Positions 1 through 10,895 are shown, numbered from the stretch's first letter. The stretch: DNA of 64,000 bases from an uncultured Acidobacteriaceae bacterium (GCA_963760175.1 CAVXBU010000026.1:29075-93074), one strand, 5' to 3'. The notes: generated by a model not told the origin, from the sequence alone. Made by a program: numbers and translations.

Positions 1-625
1 CAACGCAAACGTGGAAATGAGTGAACAGGAGTTGTTCTTCCTGCAGGCGTTGTGCGATTACGCCGCGATTGCGATCGAGAACGCGCGGGCGGTCGAGAAG
101 ATTCAGGAACTGACCATCACCGACGATTGTACGGGCCTGTTCAATGCGCGCCATCTGCACAAAACGCTCGAGACCGAGGTCTACCGTTCGGCGCGCTTCG
201 GCTACCAGTTCAGCGTGATCTTCATTGACCTCGACCATTTCAAGCAGGTCAACGACACGCATGGACATCTGGTGGGAAGCCGGCTGCTGGCCGAAGTCGG
301 ATACCTGGTCAAAGCGCAGTTGCGGCTGATTGACTTCGCTTTCCGATATGGAGGAGACGAGTTTGTAGTGCTGCTGCCGCAAACCAGCAAAGATCAGGCG
401 GTGGTGGTGGCGAAACGTCTGCAGGATTCCCTGCGCACCGGAACCTTCTGCAGCGAAGTGGGTTTGAACCTGAACCTTCGCGCCAGTATGGGACTGGCGA
501 CCTTTCCGAACGATGCGCAAACCCCGCATGACATCATCCGCCAGGCCGACGAGATGATGTATATGGTGAAGAACACGACCCGCGACAATATCGGCGTGGC
601 GTCGCGCGGGCTGATGGAACCGTAG
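1..625 (+). CDS. GGDEF-domain diguanylate cyclase, C-terminal part (5' end lies outside the window)
   Basis: The frame is open back to base 2. It carries the 'RYGGDEFVVLL' GGDEF active-site motif and 'DHFKQVNDTHGH'. The preceding '...CDYAAIAIENAR' looks like the end of a GAF domain. Confidence 0.85.
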   Translation, partial: NANVEMSEQELFFLQALCDYAAIAIENARAVEKIQELTITDDCTGLFNARHLHKTLETEVYRSARFGYQFSVIFIDLDHFKQVNDTHGHLVGSRLLAEVGYLVKAQLRLIDFAFRYGGDEFVVLLPQTSKDQAVVVAKRLQDSLRTGTFCSEVGLNLNLRASMGLATFPNDAQTPHDIIRQADEMMYMVKNTTRDNIGVASRGLMEP

Positions 626-631
626 TTTCCA

Positions 632-779
632 CGTAGGGACAGCCGCCCTCGGCTGTCCGGGCGAGCGCAGTTCGCCTGGGGTTTTGCTTTGTCCTGTCTA
701 TCGTTGTCTATGTCTATCCTTCAGTTCAAGCGCCGCGGGGCTTTGCCCCGCTGGACAGCCGAGGGCGGCTGTCCCTACT
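632..779. repeat. Inverted pair of REP-like palindromic elements (family 1)
   Basis: cgtagGGACAGCCgccctcGGCTGTCC lies at 632-658. Its reverse complement GGACAGCCgagggcGGCTGTCCctac lies at 753-778. A small GC hairpin gcggggctttgccccgc (735-751) sits between them. Confidence 0.75.
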
Positions 780-1260
780 TGAGTTGGTACGGATTCTCTG
801 GATCGCGATACCAGAGCCAGCGGTACTCTCCGCACGACGACGTTAGTCCTTTCCGAACCGGGTTATCCAGAATGTACTGAACTTTCTCATCGAGTTTTTC
901 CGATTTCCGCAGCACCCGATCAAACGACCCTGTTTGCCACACTTTCCCCGTGCGGCCTAGCTGACGATTAATTTTGTGGGCGGAAGCACCTTTGATCGCA
1001 TCCATGATTTCGGCCAAGGAATAAACCTCACGGGCTTGGTCGTTCACCAGGGGCGTGAAAATCATGTGTACGTGGTCAGGCATAACGACGACCACTTTAA
1101 CGTCAATCTTTATGTCATTGTCGTGCAGGCACGACCCTAGTACGACATCGCGAGCGATCTCGGGAAGGATCCAACGTAAGTGAGTGCAGAAGGTCAGGAA
1201 ATGGGGCTTGTTGTCGCGTTGCAGGTGTGGGAGATTGCGGCAGTAGAACACTTTCGGCAT
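775..1260 (-). CDS. REP-associated tyrosine transposase (RAYT; IS200/IS605 TnpA-like Y1 HUH enzyme)
   Basis: HUH motif 'PDHVHMIFTP' and C-terminal 'VQYILDNPVRKGL' Tyr motif. The ATG at 1260 (MPKVFYCRNLPHLQ) is preferred over 1278. The stop codon lies inside a REP copy, and REPs flank both sides. Confidence 0.8.
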   Translation of the reverse strand: MPKVFYCRNLPHLQRDNKPHFLTFCTHLRWILPEIARDVVLGSCLHDNDIKIDVKVVVVMPDHVHMIFTPLVNDQAREVYSLAEIMDAIKGASAHKINRQLGRTGKVWQTGSFDRVLRKSEKLDEKVQYILDNPVRKGLTSSCGEYRWLWYRDPENPYQLK

Positions 1261-1368
1261 ACGCAGCCTCAATAGCATCGAGAATGCGCTGACCGAATCT
1301 GGAGTGCGGTGACTCGCGTCACTGCTCGCGTGTGAGATTGCGCCACAGGTTGGTCCACGGCGGCAAGG

Positions 1369-1413
1369 GGCGAGCTTCGCTCGCCTGGACAGCCGAGGGC
1401 GGCTGTCCCTACG
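1369..1413. repeat. REP-like element (family 1) with adjacent small hairpin
   Basis: GGACAGCCgagggcGGCTGTCCctacg at 1387-1413, in the same orientation as the 753-778 copy. It is preceded by the hairpin ggcgagcttcgctcgcc. Confidence 0.75.
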
Positions 1414-2463
1414 TTACTGCTTTTGCCTGTTTTGAAGTTTCGCGGGCTGGTCGGTTTTCGGTTGTGCCGCGGCGGGTTCGGTTTTCCAGGTAGACGCGTT
1501 CGCGGGCGCGGATGGGTTCACGCCGAAGTCCCACACATAGAGGTTGATTCCTTCTATTCCCATTATCTCGGCGACGGCGTATTCGCCCACCGCGAGAGGG
1601 TCGGTGGGGGTGAGCTTGACCCAGCCCCCAGTCATGGCAGTGGCTGTGGCCGCGACAAAGCGCTCGTCGGTTTTCATCTTTCCGCCGACCGCGATCTTGA
1701 GGGCGCCGGCAACGCGCTTGCTGCCTTTGATGTCGATGCGAATGATCTTGAAGCGGTCGGTAAGCGCCGGCGGAGAAGACTGGCCGGCGGCGGCCTGCAC
1801 GGTTGCGGGCGCTTCGACGCTATAGTTATTGTTCAGGTCAATGTTGATATAGAGCGAAGGCACGGTGGTATGCGACTGAATCTTCGCGTGCGCTCCGGGA
1901 AGCTCGATGGTTTGCTTGACGCCGCCCAGCGGATTGATCGCCGCCCGCAGAATATTCGACTTGGTGTTCTTATCCAACTCGCCGCCCGATTGCTGCAGTT
2001 CAGACAACTGCGGCTGATTCTCGTAAGTGTCGAGGAGGAAGATGCCGCCCTCATCGGGGAGGCGCAGACCTGGCGCAACCTGCGGTGAGCGGCCTTGTTC
2101 TGCTTTCCGTTCGGCTTCTAGTTCCTTGTCGAGTTCGACCGCTTCCGGAGCGAGGTTGCCGGGCTCGCGTCCTTGCTCAAACTTCTCGGTTGCATCCCAG
2201 TCAATGAGCGACTTCGGAACTTCCTCCCATTCGCCGCGTTCGGCGCTGAAATAACGGACGCGGTCGCCATGAATCTCATACTTGGTGACGGACTGGTAAG
2301 AGCCGTCTTTCAGAATGAGGCGGTGGGCCTGGACCGGGACGGGAGCAGGAACCTGGGACTGGGAAAACCGGGACTGGGACACGATGAGCAGCACAACGGT
2401 TGCCGCCGCGAGTAGCCCCGCCCTGCCGATGAATGATTTCACGCCGCCCAACATTATTAGCAT
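1414..2463 (-). CDS. Hypothetical secreted protein
   Basis: 349-aa ORF with an N-terminal hydrophobic signal-like segment (GLLAAATVVLLIVSQS). I recognise no motif. Coding-like composition, in contrast to the Arg/Pro-rich antisense shadow ORFs. Confidence 0.55.
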   Translation of the reverse strand: MLIMLGGVKSFIGRAGLLAAATVVLLIVSQSRFSQSQVPAPVPVQAHRLILKDGSYQSVTKYEIHGDRVRYFSAERGEWEEVPKSLIDWDATEKFEQGREPGNLAPEAVELDKELEAERKAEQGRSPQVAPGLRLPDEGGIFLLDTYENQPQLSELQQSGGELDKNTKSNILRAAINPLGGVKQTIELPGAHAKIQSHTTVPSLYINIDLNNNYSVEAPATVQAAAGQSSPPALTDRFKIIRIDIKGSKRVAGALKIAVGGKMKTDERFVAATATAMTGGWVKLTPTDPLAVGEYAVAEIMGIEGINLYVWDFGVNPSAPANASTWKTEPAAAQPKTDQPAKLQNRQKQ

Positions 2464-2575
2464 TATCGGTCTTTTCCAGCGCTTCCAAGAATTAGATGCG
2501 GGCGGTCAGGGGCGCAAGCGGCGAACCGGCAATTGAAATGCCGGGCGAGGACGCCCGGCGCTCCATATTGTTTCG

Positions 2576-5500
2576 TTACTTCCCTGCCGGCAGGTACAGC
2601 GCGGGGATATTCTGCTTGTTCACCATCTCATTCAACGCTGCCAGGTCTTTCGAGATCAGCTCGCGATACTGCGCCAGCAGCGGTTGCGCCTCTTTTTCCA
2701 GACTCTGAAAAACCTCGTACTGCTGCTTCGTGGGCGCGGCATCGGCGGACTCGAGGCTGCCGAGCAGCGAGTGCAGCCGCTCATCGATCAGCACCGGATA
2801 GTTCAGATTCGACTCCGAACTCTTCGAGTTCACCTGGATCAGCTGCGACTCCACATCGTAAGTCTTTTTGTCGAAGTCCTTGGTCGCCGCGACGAGCGCT
2901 GCGTAACGCTGGTCGTCACCAAAACGCCGTGCCAACCCGCGCGTCTGCGTGCGCAGTTCGCGAATGGTCACAGCCGCCCCGTGAATCTCCGTCACCAGCG
3001 CTACGATCTTGCCTCCCAACTCAACCTGTTTCTCCACGTCTTCGTTCGATGCCTTCACCCGCGGATCGAGTTTCAGCTCCAGCGGCGCCGTGTATGATTT
3101 TCCGTCCGCCGTCAGCCGCACCTGATACGAGCCCGGCGGCACCATCGGTCCACGGTTGCGGAATTCCGCACCCGGCTCTCCCGGCAGCGGAGTCGGCCCC
3201 TGCGAGCGCAAATCCCAGGCGAAACGGTTCACGCCTGCGTCGGTCGGAATCTTTTCGTTGGGAGGTGTCTGGTCGGGCCATTCGGGCGGCGTTTCCGCTT
3301 CTTTTTTCTCTTCGTTGGAGTAGCGCCGCACTACTTTTGCCGAGGCGTCCAGAAATTCGAGCGCCACTGTACCCTTCGGTGCGATTGGGAAGTAGTAATA
3401 AATAATCGCGCCCGTTGGCGGATTGTCGCCCACTGGCTGGTGCCGCTCGAAGAAATCGGGCCAGCGCAGGCGATAGGTCAGTCGCGGCTTGTAGAGCATG
3501 GTTGCGGTCGCTGTCTGCGCACCTGCCGCGCGCAACGGCGTGAGGTCGTCGAGAATCCAGAAAGAGCGCCCATGTGTCGCCACCACCAGATCGTCATTTT
3601 TCACGATCAAGTCGTGAATCGGAGTGTTCGGCAAGTTCAACTGCAGGGATTGCCAGTTCGCTCCGCCATCGAACGAAACGTAAACCCCGGTCTCCGTGCC
3701 CGCGTAAAGCAGATTCTTGCGCACGGGATCTTCGCGCACGGCGTGGGTATAAGCGCCATCCGGAATGCCGCTGACGATCTTGGTCCAGGTTTTGCCGAAA
3801 TCTGTCGTCTTGAAAATACACGGCTTCAGATCATCGAGCTTATGTGTGTCGACCGCCGCATACGCCGTTCCCGCGTCGTGTGGAGAAGCGTCGATGAGAC
3901 TCACCAGGCTCCACTCCGGGATTCCCTTGGGGGTCACATTCGTCCAGTTCTTACCGCCATCGCGCGAAACGTGAATCAAGCCATCATCGGTTCCCGCCCA
4001 TAGCAGATCTTTCTGCACGGGCGACTCCGCGATGGTGAACACGGTGTCGTAATACTCGACCGAGGTGTTGTCCTTGGTCAGCGGGCCGCCGGAAGAAACC
4101 TGCTTGCTCTTATCGTTGCGCGTCAGATCCGGACTGATCGCCGTCCAGCTCTTGCCTTCGTCGGTGGTCTTGAAGACGCGCTCGGCAGTCGTGTAGATCA
4201 CATTGGGATCATGCGGAGAGATCAGGATAGGCATCGTCCAAGCAAGTCGATATTTCAGATCGCCGACGCCGTGTCCCGAAGTCTCTTCCGGCCAAACTGT
4301 AATGTCCTGCTCCTGATTGCTGCGGCGATCGAGGCGGTTGACCACGCCGCTGCCCGAGCCTGCATAAATAATGTTCGAGTCGCGCGGATCGGGCTGCAGG
4401 TAGCCGCTCTCGCCGCCGCCGGCATCGAACCAGTGCTGACGGCCGATATAACCCTCGTCGGTGCGGCTGAGGATGCCGATGGTCGTGTTGTCCTGCTGCG
4501 CACCATACACCTTGTAGAGAAAGTCGTTGTCCGCCGCCACGTGGTAGAACTGCGCCGTCGGCTGGTTGTACTCGGTGGACCAGTTCTTGCCGCCATCGAC
4601 CGAGATGGTGGCCCCGCCGTCGTTTCCGTTGATCATGCGATTCGGATTCTGCGGATCGATCCAGAAGCCGTGGTGATCGCCATGCGGCGCCGGCAGCAGG
4701 CTCAAACTCTTCCCGCCATCGGTCGAACGAAACGCGCCGGTGTTCAGCATGTAGACCGTGTCCACGCTCTTCGGATCGGCAAAAATGTGCGTGAAGTACC
4801 ATGCGCGCTGCGTGAGTCGCTGGTCATCGTTGACGCGAGACCAGGTCTCGCCGCCATCATCGGAACGATACAGTCCGCTCTCTTTCGCCTCGATGAGCGC
4901 GTAGACGCGATTCGAATCTGCGCCCGAAACGCTTACCCCGATGCGCCCCAGGATGCCCTCCGGCAGGCCCTTCGCTTCTAGATGCTTCCAGGAATTTCCG
5001 CCGTCGGTCGAGCGGTACAAGCCGCTGCCCGGGCCGCCGCTTTCAAGACTCCACGGCGTGCGCTGAATCTGGTAAAGGGCAGCGAACATCACGTTGGAAT
5101 TATGCGGATCGACAGCGAGATCGATGGCGCCTGATTTGTCGTCCTTGTAGAGAACCTTGTCCCAGGTCTTGCCGCCGTCGGTGGTGCGGAAAACGCCGCG
5201 CTCCGTATTCGGCCCATAGGCGTGACCGAGCGCGGCAATCAGCACATGGTCGGAGTTGCGCGGATCGATCCAAACGCGCGCTATGTGCTGCGTGTCTTTC
5301 AATCCGATGTGCTGCCAGGTCTTGCCACCATCGGTCGTTTTGTAGACTCCATCGCCATACGAGATATTTCCGCGCAGGCAGGACTCGCCCGTCCCAACAT
5401 AAATCACATTCGGATTCGATTCCGACACCGCGATCGCGCCGATCGACGAGATCATGCTCCCGTCGGAGATGGGCTGCCAGCTTACGCCGCCATCGGTGGT

Positions 5501-5710
5501 GCGCCACACGCCGCCGGCAACTCCGCCAAAGTAGTAGGTGAAAGGACTGCCGGGAATTCCAGTCACAGCCAGCACGCGGCCGCCGCGAAACGGCCCAATG
5601 TCGCGCCACTTCATTCCCTTGAACTGCGCTTCGCTATACGGTTGCGCCGCGGTCGAGATTCCGAGCGTTACGACCAGAACACACCACACCACCAGACTGC
5701 GAACCGTCAT
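2576..5710 (-). CDS. BNR/Asp-box repeat beta-propeller protein (sortilin/VPS10-like 'glycosyl hydrolase BNR repeat' family), secreted
   Basis: 1044 aa with a signal peptide (MTVRSLVVWCVLVVTLGISTAAQ). Many Asp-box repeats: TTDGGVSW, TTDGGKTW (x2), STDGGNSW, SDDGGETW, STDGGKS, SRDGGKNW, SFDGGANW. Confidence 0.85.
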   Translation of the reverse strand: MTVRSLVVWCVLVVTLGISTAAQPYSEAQFKGMKWRDIGPFRGGRVLAVTGIPGSPFTYYFGGVAGGVWRTTDGGVSWQPISDGSMISSIGAIAVSESNPNVIYVGTGESCLRGNISYGDGVYKTTDGGKTWQHIGLKDTQHIARVWIDPRNSDHVLIAALGHAYGPNTERGVFRTTDGGKTWDKVLYKDDKSGAIDLAVDPHNSNVMFAALYQIQRTPWSLESGGPGSGLYRSTDGGNSWKHLEAKGLPEGILGRIGVSVSGADSNRVYALIEAKESGLYRSDDGGETWSRVNDDQRLTQRAWYFTHIFADPKSVDTVYMLNTGAFRSTDGGKSLSLLPAPHGDHHGFWIDPQNPNRMINGNDGGATISVDGGKNWSTEYNQPTAQFYHVAADNDFLYKVYGAQQDNTTIGILSRTDEGYIGRQHWFDAGGGESGYLQPDPRDSNIIYAGSGSGVVNRLDRRSNQEQDITVWPEETSGHGVGDLKYRLAWTMPILISPHDPNVIYTTAERVFKTTDEGKSWTAISPDLTRNDKSKQVSSGGPLTKDNTSVEYYDTVFTIAESPVQKDLLWAGTDDGLIHVSRDGGKNWTNVTPKGIPEWSLVSLIDASPHDAGTAYAAVDTHKLDDLKPCIFKTTDFGKTWTKIVSGIPDGAYTHAVREDPVRKNLLYAGTETGVYVSFDGGANWQSLQLNLPNTPIHDLIVKNDDLVVATHGRSFWILDDLTPLRAAGAQTATATMLYKPRLTYRLRWPDFFERHQPVGDNPPTGAIIYYYFPIAPKGTVALEFLDASAKVVRRYSNEEKKEAETPPEWPDQTPPNEKIPTDAGVNRFAWDLRSQGPTPLPGEPGAEFRNRGPMVPPGSYQVRLTADGKSYTAPLELKLDPRVKASNEDVEKQVELGGKIVALVTEIHGAAVTIRELRTQTRGLARRFGDDQRYAALVAATKDFDKKTYDVESQLIQVNSKSSESNLNYPVLIDERLHSLLGSLESADAAPTKQQYEVFQSLEKEAQPLLAQYRELISKDLAALNEMVNKQNIPALYLPAGK

Positions 5711-5782
5711 GGATCACTCCTGTATTGCGACCTTGAGTAGTTGAAGACCGTTAATAATAACTCATCGCTAAAGTAGCGAGCG

Positions 5783-5912
5783 CGTAGAGACAGCCGCCCC
5801 TGGCTGTCCAGCGGCGCGAAGCGCCGCTCCGCCGTCATGTACGAGCATGTACGAGGATGAGCAAACAAAACGCCGGGCGTTCTCTGGACAGCCGGGGGCG
5901 GCTGTCCCTACG
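5783..5912. repeat. Inverted pair of REP-like elements (family 1)
   Basis: cgtagAGACAGCCgcccctGGCTGTCC at 5783-5809 and GGACAGCCgggggcGGCTGTCCctacg at 5886-5912. The spacer contains the hairpin gcggcgcgaagcgccgc. Confidence 0.75.
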
Positions 5913-5924
5913 CGCTCTGGTCGC

Positions 5925-6767
5925 TTACGTTGAATAAAGAAACTCCAGCGCCTCCGGAAACCGCGCTGCCCATGCCGCTTCGTTGTGTGTGGCGCCTTCT
6001 TCGATGCGCACCTTGAGCCGTTTTTCGTCCAAGCCAGCCGCGCGCAGGATCGCTTCCAGTTCGCGTACGTCGTCGACAATCTTCGCGTCGTTCTCCGCGT
6101 TCCCCGTTTCTCGCGTCCCCATCCCCAGATACATGCGCGCCGGCCAACCGCGCGAGCGACGGCTCTCTCGGAGAATTTTTCGGTTCGCCACGAACAAAGA
6201 CGGACTCTCGATCAGTAGTCGCCCAAAGACTCCGGGCGCTGCCAGTTGTGTGTAGAGCGCGATCAGGCCTCCCAGAGAGGACCCGCCTAATCCGGTATTC
6301 TCTGGCCCCCTCAGCACCGAATAACGTTCTTCGATCAGCGGCATCACTTCACGCCGCAGAAACTCGGGGTAGCATTTTCCCTTCGCGTCCGGAACTCTGG
6401 GATCTTTTGACTTGTAGGGAATGTATTCGTTAGCCCGGTTCTTCGTGTTGTCGATGCCGACGATAATCAGTGGTGGAATTTTGTGTCCGGCGATCATCCG
6501 CGCCGCGGTTTCGCCGACCCGCCAGTCGACTCCCGCAAAAGCCGTCAGGGGATCGAAGAGATTCTGTCCGTCATTCAAGTACAGGACCGGATAGCGCGTC
6601 GCGCCCCAGCCGTCGTACTCCGGAGGCAGCCAAACCCGCACCAGCCGCGTGTTCCCGAAGATCTGGCTGGGGAGTTCATGCACCCACAGGTTGCCCGCCG
6701 AAACCGGCAGGGCGGTGGCTGCAGCTTTCGTTTTGATTCTCAGGGTTCGCGTTGTGGGCTGGGGCAT
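5925..6767 (-). CDS. Putative esterase (esterase D / IroE-like alpha/beta hydrolase)
   Basis: 'YPVLYLNDGQNLFD' is typical of the putative-esterase family. 'GGSSLGG' GxSxG nucleophile elbow. 280 aa. Confidence 0.8.
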   Translation of the reverse strand: MPQPTTRTLRIKTKAAATALPVSAGNLWVHELPSQIFGNTRLVRVWLPPEYDGWGATRYPVLYLNDGQNLFDPLTAFAGVDWRVGETAARMIAGHKIPPLIIVGIDNTKNRANEYIPYKSKDPRVPDAKGKCYPEFLRREVMPLIEERYSVLRGPENTGLGGSSLGGLIALYTQLAAPGVFGRLLIESPSLFVANRKILRESRRSRGWPARMYLGMGTRETGNAENDAKIVDDVRELEAILRAAGLDEKRLKVRIEEGATHNEAAWAARFPEALEFLYST

Positions 6768-6854
6768 GAAGTGAATCGAGCTTACAGCTGTCAGCTCTCA
6801 GTTTTCAGAAAAAACATTCGGGCCGGACCCGGGTTCGCTGGTGCTGACCACTGG

Positions 6855-7268
6855 TTACTGGCTTCTGTTGCGCTTCAACCAGATGAGCGCTCCCAAAATC
6901 GTCGTCGTCGCAATCAGGGCCAGCGAACTTAAACATAAAATGCACCAGACTCCAAGCACGTGCCCTTCAATGTAGGTCAGGTACAAAGCAAACGCCAGGC
7001 CCATGCCCGCGGCGCCGAAAAGCATTGTCGGAGTCTCGCGCCGCTCGCGATATACGGTCGCGAGGCCCGCTAACGCAGCGTACCCGAGCATCCCAATCAG
7101 CGCGACCGGGATTCCGAAGATCGACGAATATTCGCTGCGGTTCACGATGTCGCAGTTGAACGCTTCTCCGACATCGCAGTACGCCGTCTTCGAGGTCGCG
7201 TAATGATGTTGCAGGGACACCGACGACACCACGATTCCGCACACCGCCAGAACGGCGACGAGGCTCAT
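6855..7268 (-). CDS. Vitamin K epoxide reductase (VKOR) family membrane protein
   Basis: Loop cysteines 'YCDVGEAFNCD' and a membrane CXXC 'WCILC', with four hydrophobic segments. The ATG at 7268 (MSLVAVLAVCG) is preferred over the long upstream ORF extension. Confidence 0.75.
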   Translation of the reverse strand: MSLVAVLAVCGIVVSSVSLQHHYATSKTAYCDVGEAFNCDIVNRSEYSSIFGIPVALIGMLGYAALAGLATVYRERRETPTMLFGAAGMGLAFALYLTYIEGHVLGVWCILCLSSLALIATTTILGALIWLKRNRSQ

Positions 7269-7288
7269 GAGGCGCCGCGTGAAACTGG

Positions 7289-7723
7289 TCACTGAAGCGG
7301 GCACCCTGTCCGGTCGCTCAGTGCTTCGAGAGAGAAAACACGTTCCACTCGTTCGCCGGTTGGTGGAAATTGCCAGGTGGGATAGTGCTCGATGTTCGCA
7401 TCGATGCAAGCCTGCGATCTGCCGTGTGTCTGTCCTTTGATGCCGCACTCCACGTAAGGAGCGTATTCGAACGATGCGCCGAATTTTTCCTTTTGCTCCA
7501 CGCAATGCGGACACCACCACGCGCCATACATCTTCACGCCGCGGTCGGTCAGACAGCGCGCGAAAGCGTCGTGCTTATGCTGCATGCGGTTGCCGAGATA
7601 GTAGGCCAGCCCGAACGCGGCCGCGATCAGGACTGCATAGATCGCGATGCGCCGCCATTTCCGGCTCGCCGCCGTTGGTGCCCCCAGCTTTTCCTTTTGC
7701 CGTTCTCTTCGCTCTTGCGACAT
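7289..7723 (-). CDS. Membrane-anchored thioredoxin-like protein of the VKOR-partner type
   Basis: One N-terminal TM segment (IAIYAVLIAAAFGLAYYL). 'KMYGAWWCPHCVEQKEKFG ... YVEC ... YPTWQF' matches the Trx-like domain that is fused to VKOR in cyanobacteria. Confidence 0.75.
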   Translation of the reverse strand: MSQERRERQKEKLGAPTAASRKWRRIAIYAVLIAAAFGLAYYLGNRMQHKHDAFARCLTDRGVKMYGAWWCPHCVEQKEKFGASFEYAPYVECGIKGQTHGRSQACIDANIEHYPTWQFPPTGERVERVFSLEALSDRTGCPLQ

Positions 7724-7741
7724 GGATTTTTATATCACGAC

Positions 7742-7822
7742 CTGTAGAGACGGGGCTTGCCCCGTCTTTCTAGATGCACCGGTGAGTTGGTCCGCGAGAC
7801 GCGGCAAGCCGCATCTCTACAG
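7742..7822. repeat. Inverted pair of hairpin repeats (family 2)
   Basis: ctgtagagaCGGGGCttGCCCCGtct at 7742-7767. gagaCGCGGCaaGCCGCAtctctacag at 7796-7822 is its approximate reverse complement. Confidence 0.6.
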
Positions 7823-7841
7823 AAAAGCAAGAATGGATTCT

Positions 7842-8789
7842 TCACACCACGACCCGCAAGGCCGCGGGCAGCACGTCGATGGTCCGGCACTCCAGCGTCA
7901 GCACCTCGCCATCCACCATCACGTCCACCGGCCGGTCGAGTTGAAACTCGACGCGCCTTACAGCGTGTCGTTCCGCCAGCGGATGCCGAGTGTGAGTGCC
8001 ATCATAAAGCGTCGCCAGGTTCCAGATCAGCCCCAGTCGCCCAATCGGCCCCCACCGCACATACTCAATCATTCCATCGTCGGTTACCGCATCGGGCGCG
8101 ATCATCATTGTGCCGCCGGTGAACTTGCTGTTGTTAAACGTCAGAAACAAGCAGGGCCGCGAATCGAACTCTTGTTGCATGCCTTGCTCGCCTTCAAACC
8201 GCACGGGAAACGGGCGTCGATTGAGCCGCGCCAGACAAAGAAAGATCGATAACAGATACCCGAACTGCCCCAGCCCCTGAAACTTCCGATGCCGTAGGGT
8301 CGCCACGTCCGCCGCAAAACCCACACTTAGCAGATTGGTGTAGTAGATCGTGCCATCTTTATGGGTGAGTCTCAGAATATCGCAAGGCCGCGATCGGCGC
8401 GCCTCCAGCGCCTGCATCGCGTGCTCCAAACCGCCCTTGGCGGAAACTTCGCCCGTAAAATCGCGCAGAAACGAATTGCCCGTGCCCAGCGGAAGAAATC
8501 CCAGTGTCGCGACTGCATCTGCCGGATTACCCGCTCCTGCGAGCGAATCCGGAAACAGCCCGTTGACGATCTCGTAGGAGGTGCCGTCTCCGCCCACGGC
8601 TAGAAACTTCCGATATCCGCGTCGATAAGCCGCGCGAGCAATCTCGGTGGCCTCGCCAGCCGCGCGAGTCTCGGCCGTCTCCAGCGCAATCCCCGCAGCC
8701 CGCAGGCGATCGAGCGCCGGTCCCACGCGCTGGCCGCAACGCCCTCCACCCGCAGCCGGATTGACAATCGCAAGAAAAGTTTCGTTCAC
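7842..8789 (-). CDS. Diacylglycerol-kinase-like lipid kinase (YegS/BmrU family)
   Basis: 'AIVNPAAGGG' and 'FLAVGGDGTSYEIVNG' DAGK catalytic motifs, followed by 'LPLGTGNSF'. 315 aa. Confidence 0.85.
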   Translation of the reverse strand: MNETFLAIVNPAAGGGRCGQRVGPALDRLRAAGIALETAETRAAGEATEIARAAYRRGYRKFLAVGGDGTSYEIVNGLFPDSLAGAGNPADAVATLGFLPLGTGNSFLRDFTGEVSAKGGLEHAMQALEARRSRPCDILRLTHKDGTIYYTNLLSVGFAADVATLRHRKFQGLGQFGYLLSIFLCLARLNRRPFPVRFEGEQGMQQEFDSRPCLFLTFNNSKFTGGTMMIAPDAVTDDGMIEYVRWGPIGRLGLIWNLATLYDGTHTRHPLAERHAVRRVEFQLDRPVDVMVDGEVLTLECRTIDVLPAALRVVV

Positions 8790-8829
8790 AGGTCAGGTGC
8801 CAGGTCTCAGATCTCAGGGGACCATCCGG

Positions 8830-10539
<1,710 letters not shown>

Positions 10540-10620
10540 TCAGGTCGTTATCTCACCACGGAGACACGGGGACACCGAGAAAAACACGAGTTTACCAGAA
10601 CGTAACCATGGGAAGTGGTT

Positions 10621-10869
10621 CTAGAGCCGAGCCTGAATCCGATTCGCCAGCGTACGAAAATCTGACACGCCCTGCAGTTCATAGTCCGGCAATTCGATGC
10701 GGAAGTGATGCTCGAGGCGGGTGAGCAAGTCGAGCGCCTGCAGGCTGTCGATTCCGAGTGTCTTGAAAAAGTCGTCGTCGGGCGTGAGCTTTTGCCGGGG
10801 CACCTTGAAATGCGCAGCCGCAAGATTCAGGATTTCGTCGAGCGTGTGATCGATAGTCGGCGCAGACAT
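10621..10869 (-). CDS. Acyl carrier protein (stand-alone phosphopantetheine-binding)
   Basis: 82 aa with the 'LGIDSLQALDL' DSL phosphopantetheine attachment motif. Confidence 0.85.
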   Translation of the reverse strand: MSAPTIDHTLDEILNLAAAHFKVPRQKLTPDDDFFKTLGIDSLQALDLLTRLEHHFRIELPDYELQGVSDFRTLANRIQARL

Positions 10870-10895
10870 AACGGGATAGTCCCTCTAATTACAGA

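Noticed and set aside
775-1260. The RAYT as an active IS200/IS605 insertion sequence.
   Set aside because: There is no tnpB partner and there are no IS-type subterminal hairpins distinct from the dispersed REP copies. The gene is flanked by the same REP that occurs 5 kb away, which is the domesticated RAYT pattern.
7268-7289. The Trx-like and VKOR ORFs might be one fusion gene split by an indel, like the other frame breaks.
   Set aside because: The Trx-like domain ends where the fused cyanobacterial domains end. VKOR starts with its own ATG directly at TM1. The order Trx then VKOR, with a separate TM anchor on Trx, is not the known fusion order. This still needs read verification.
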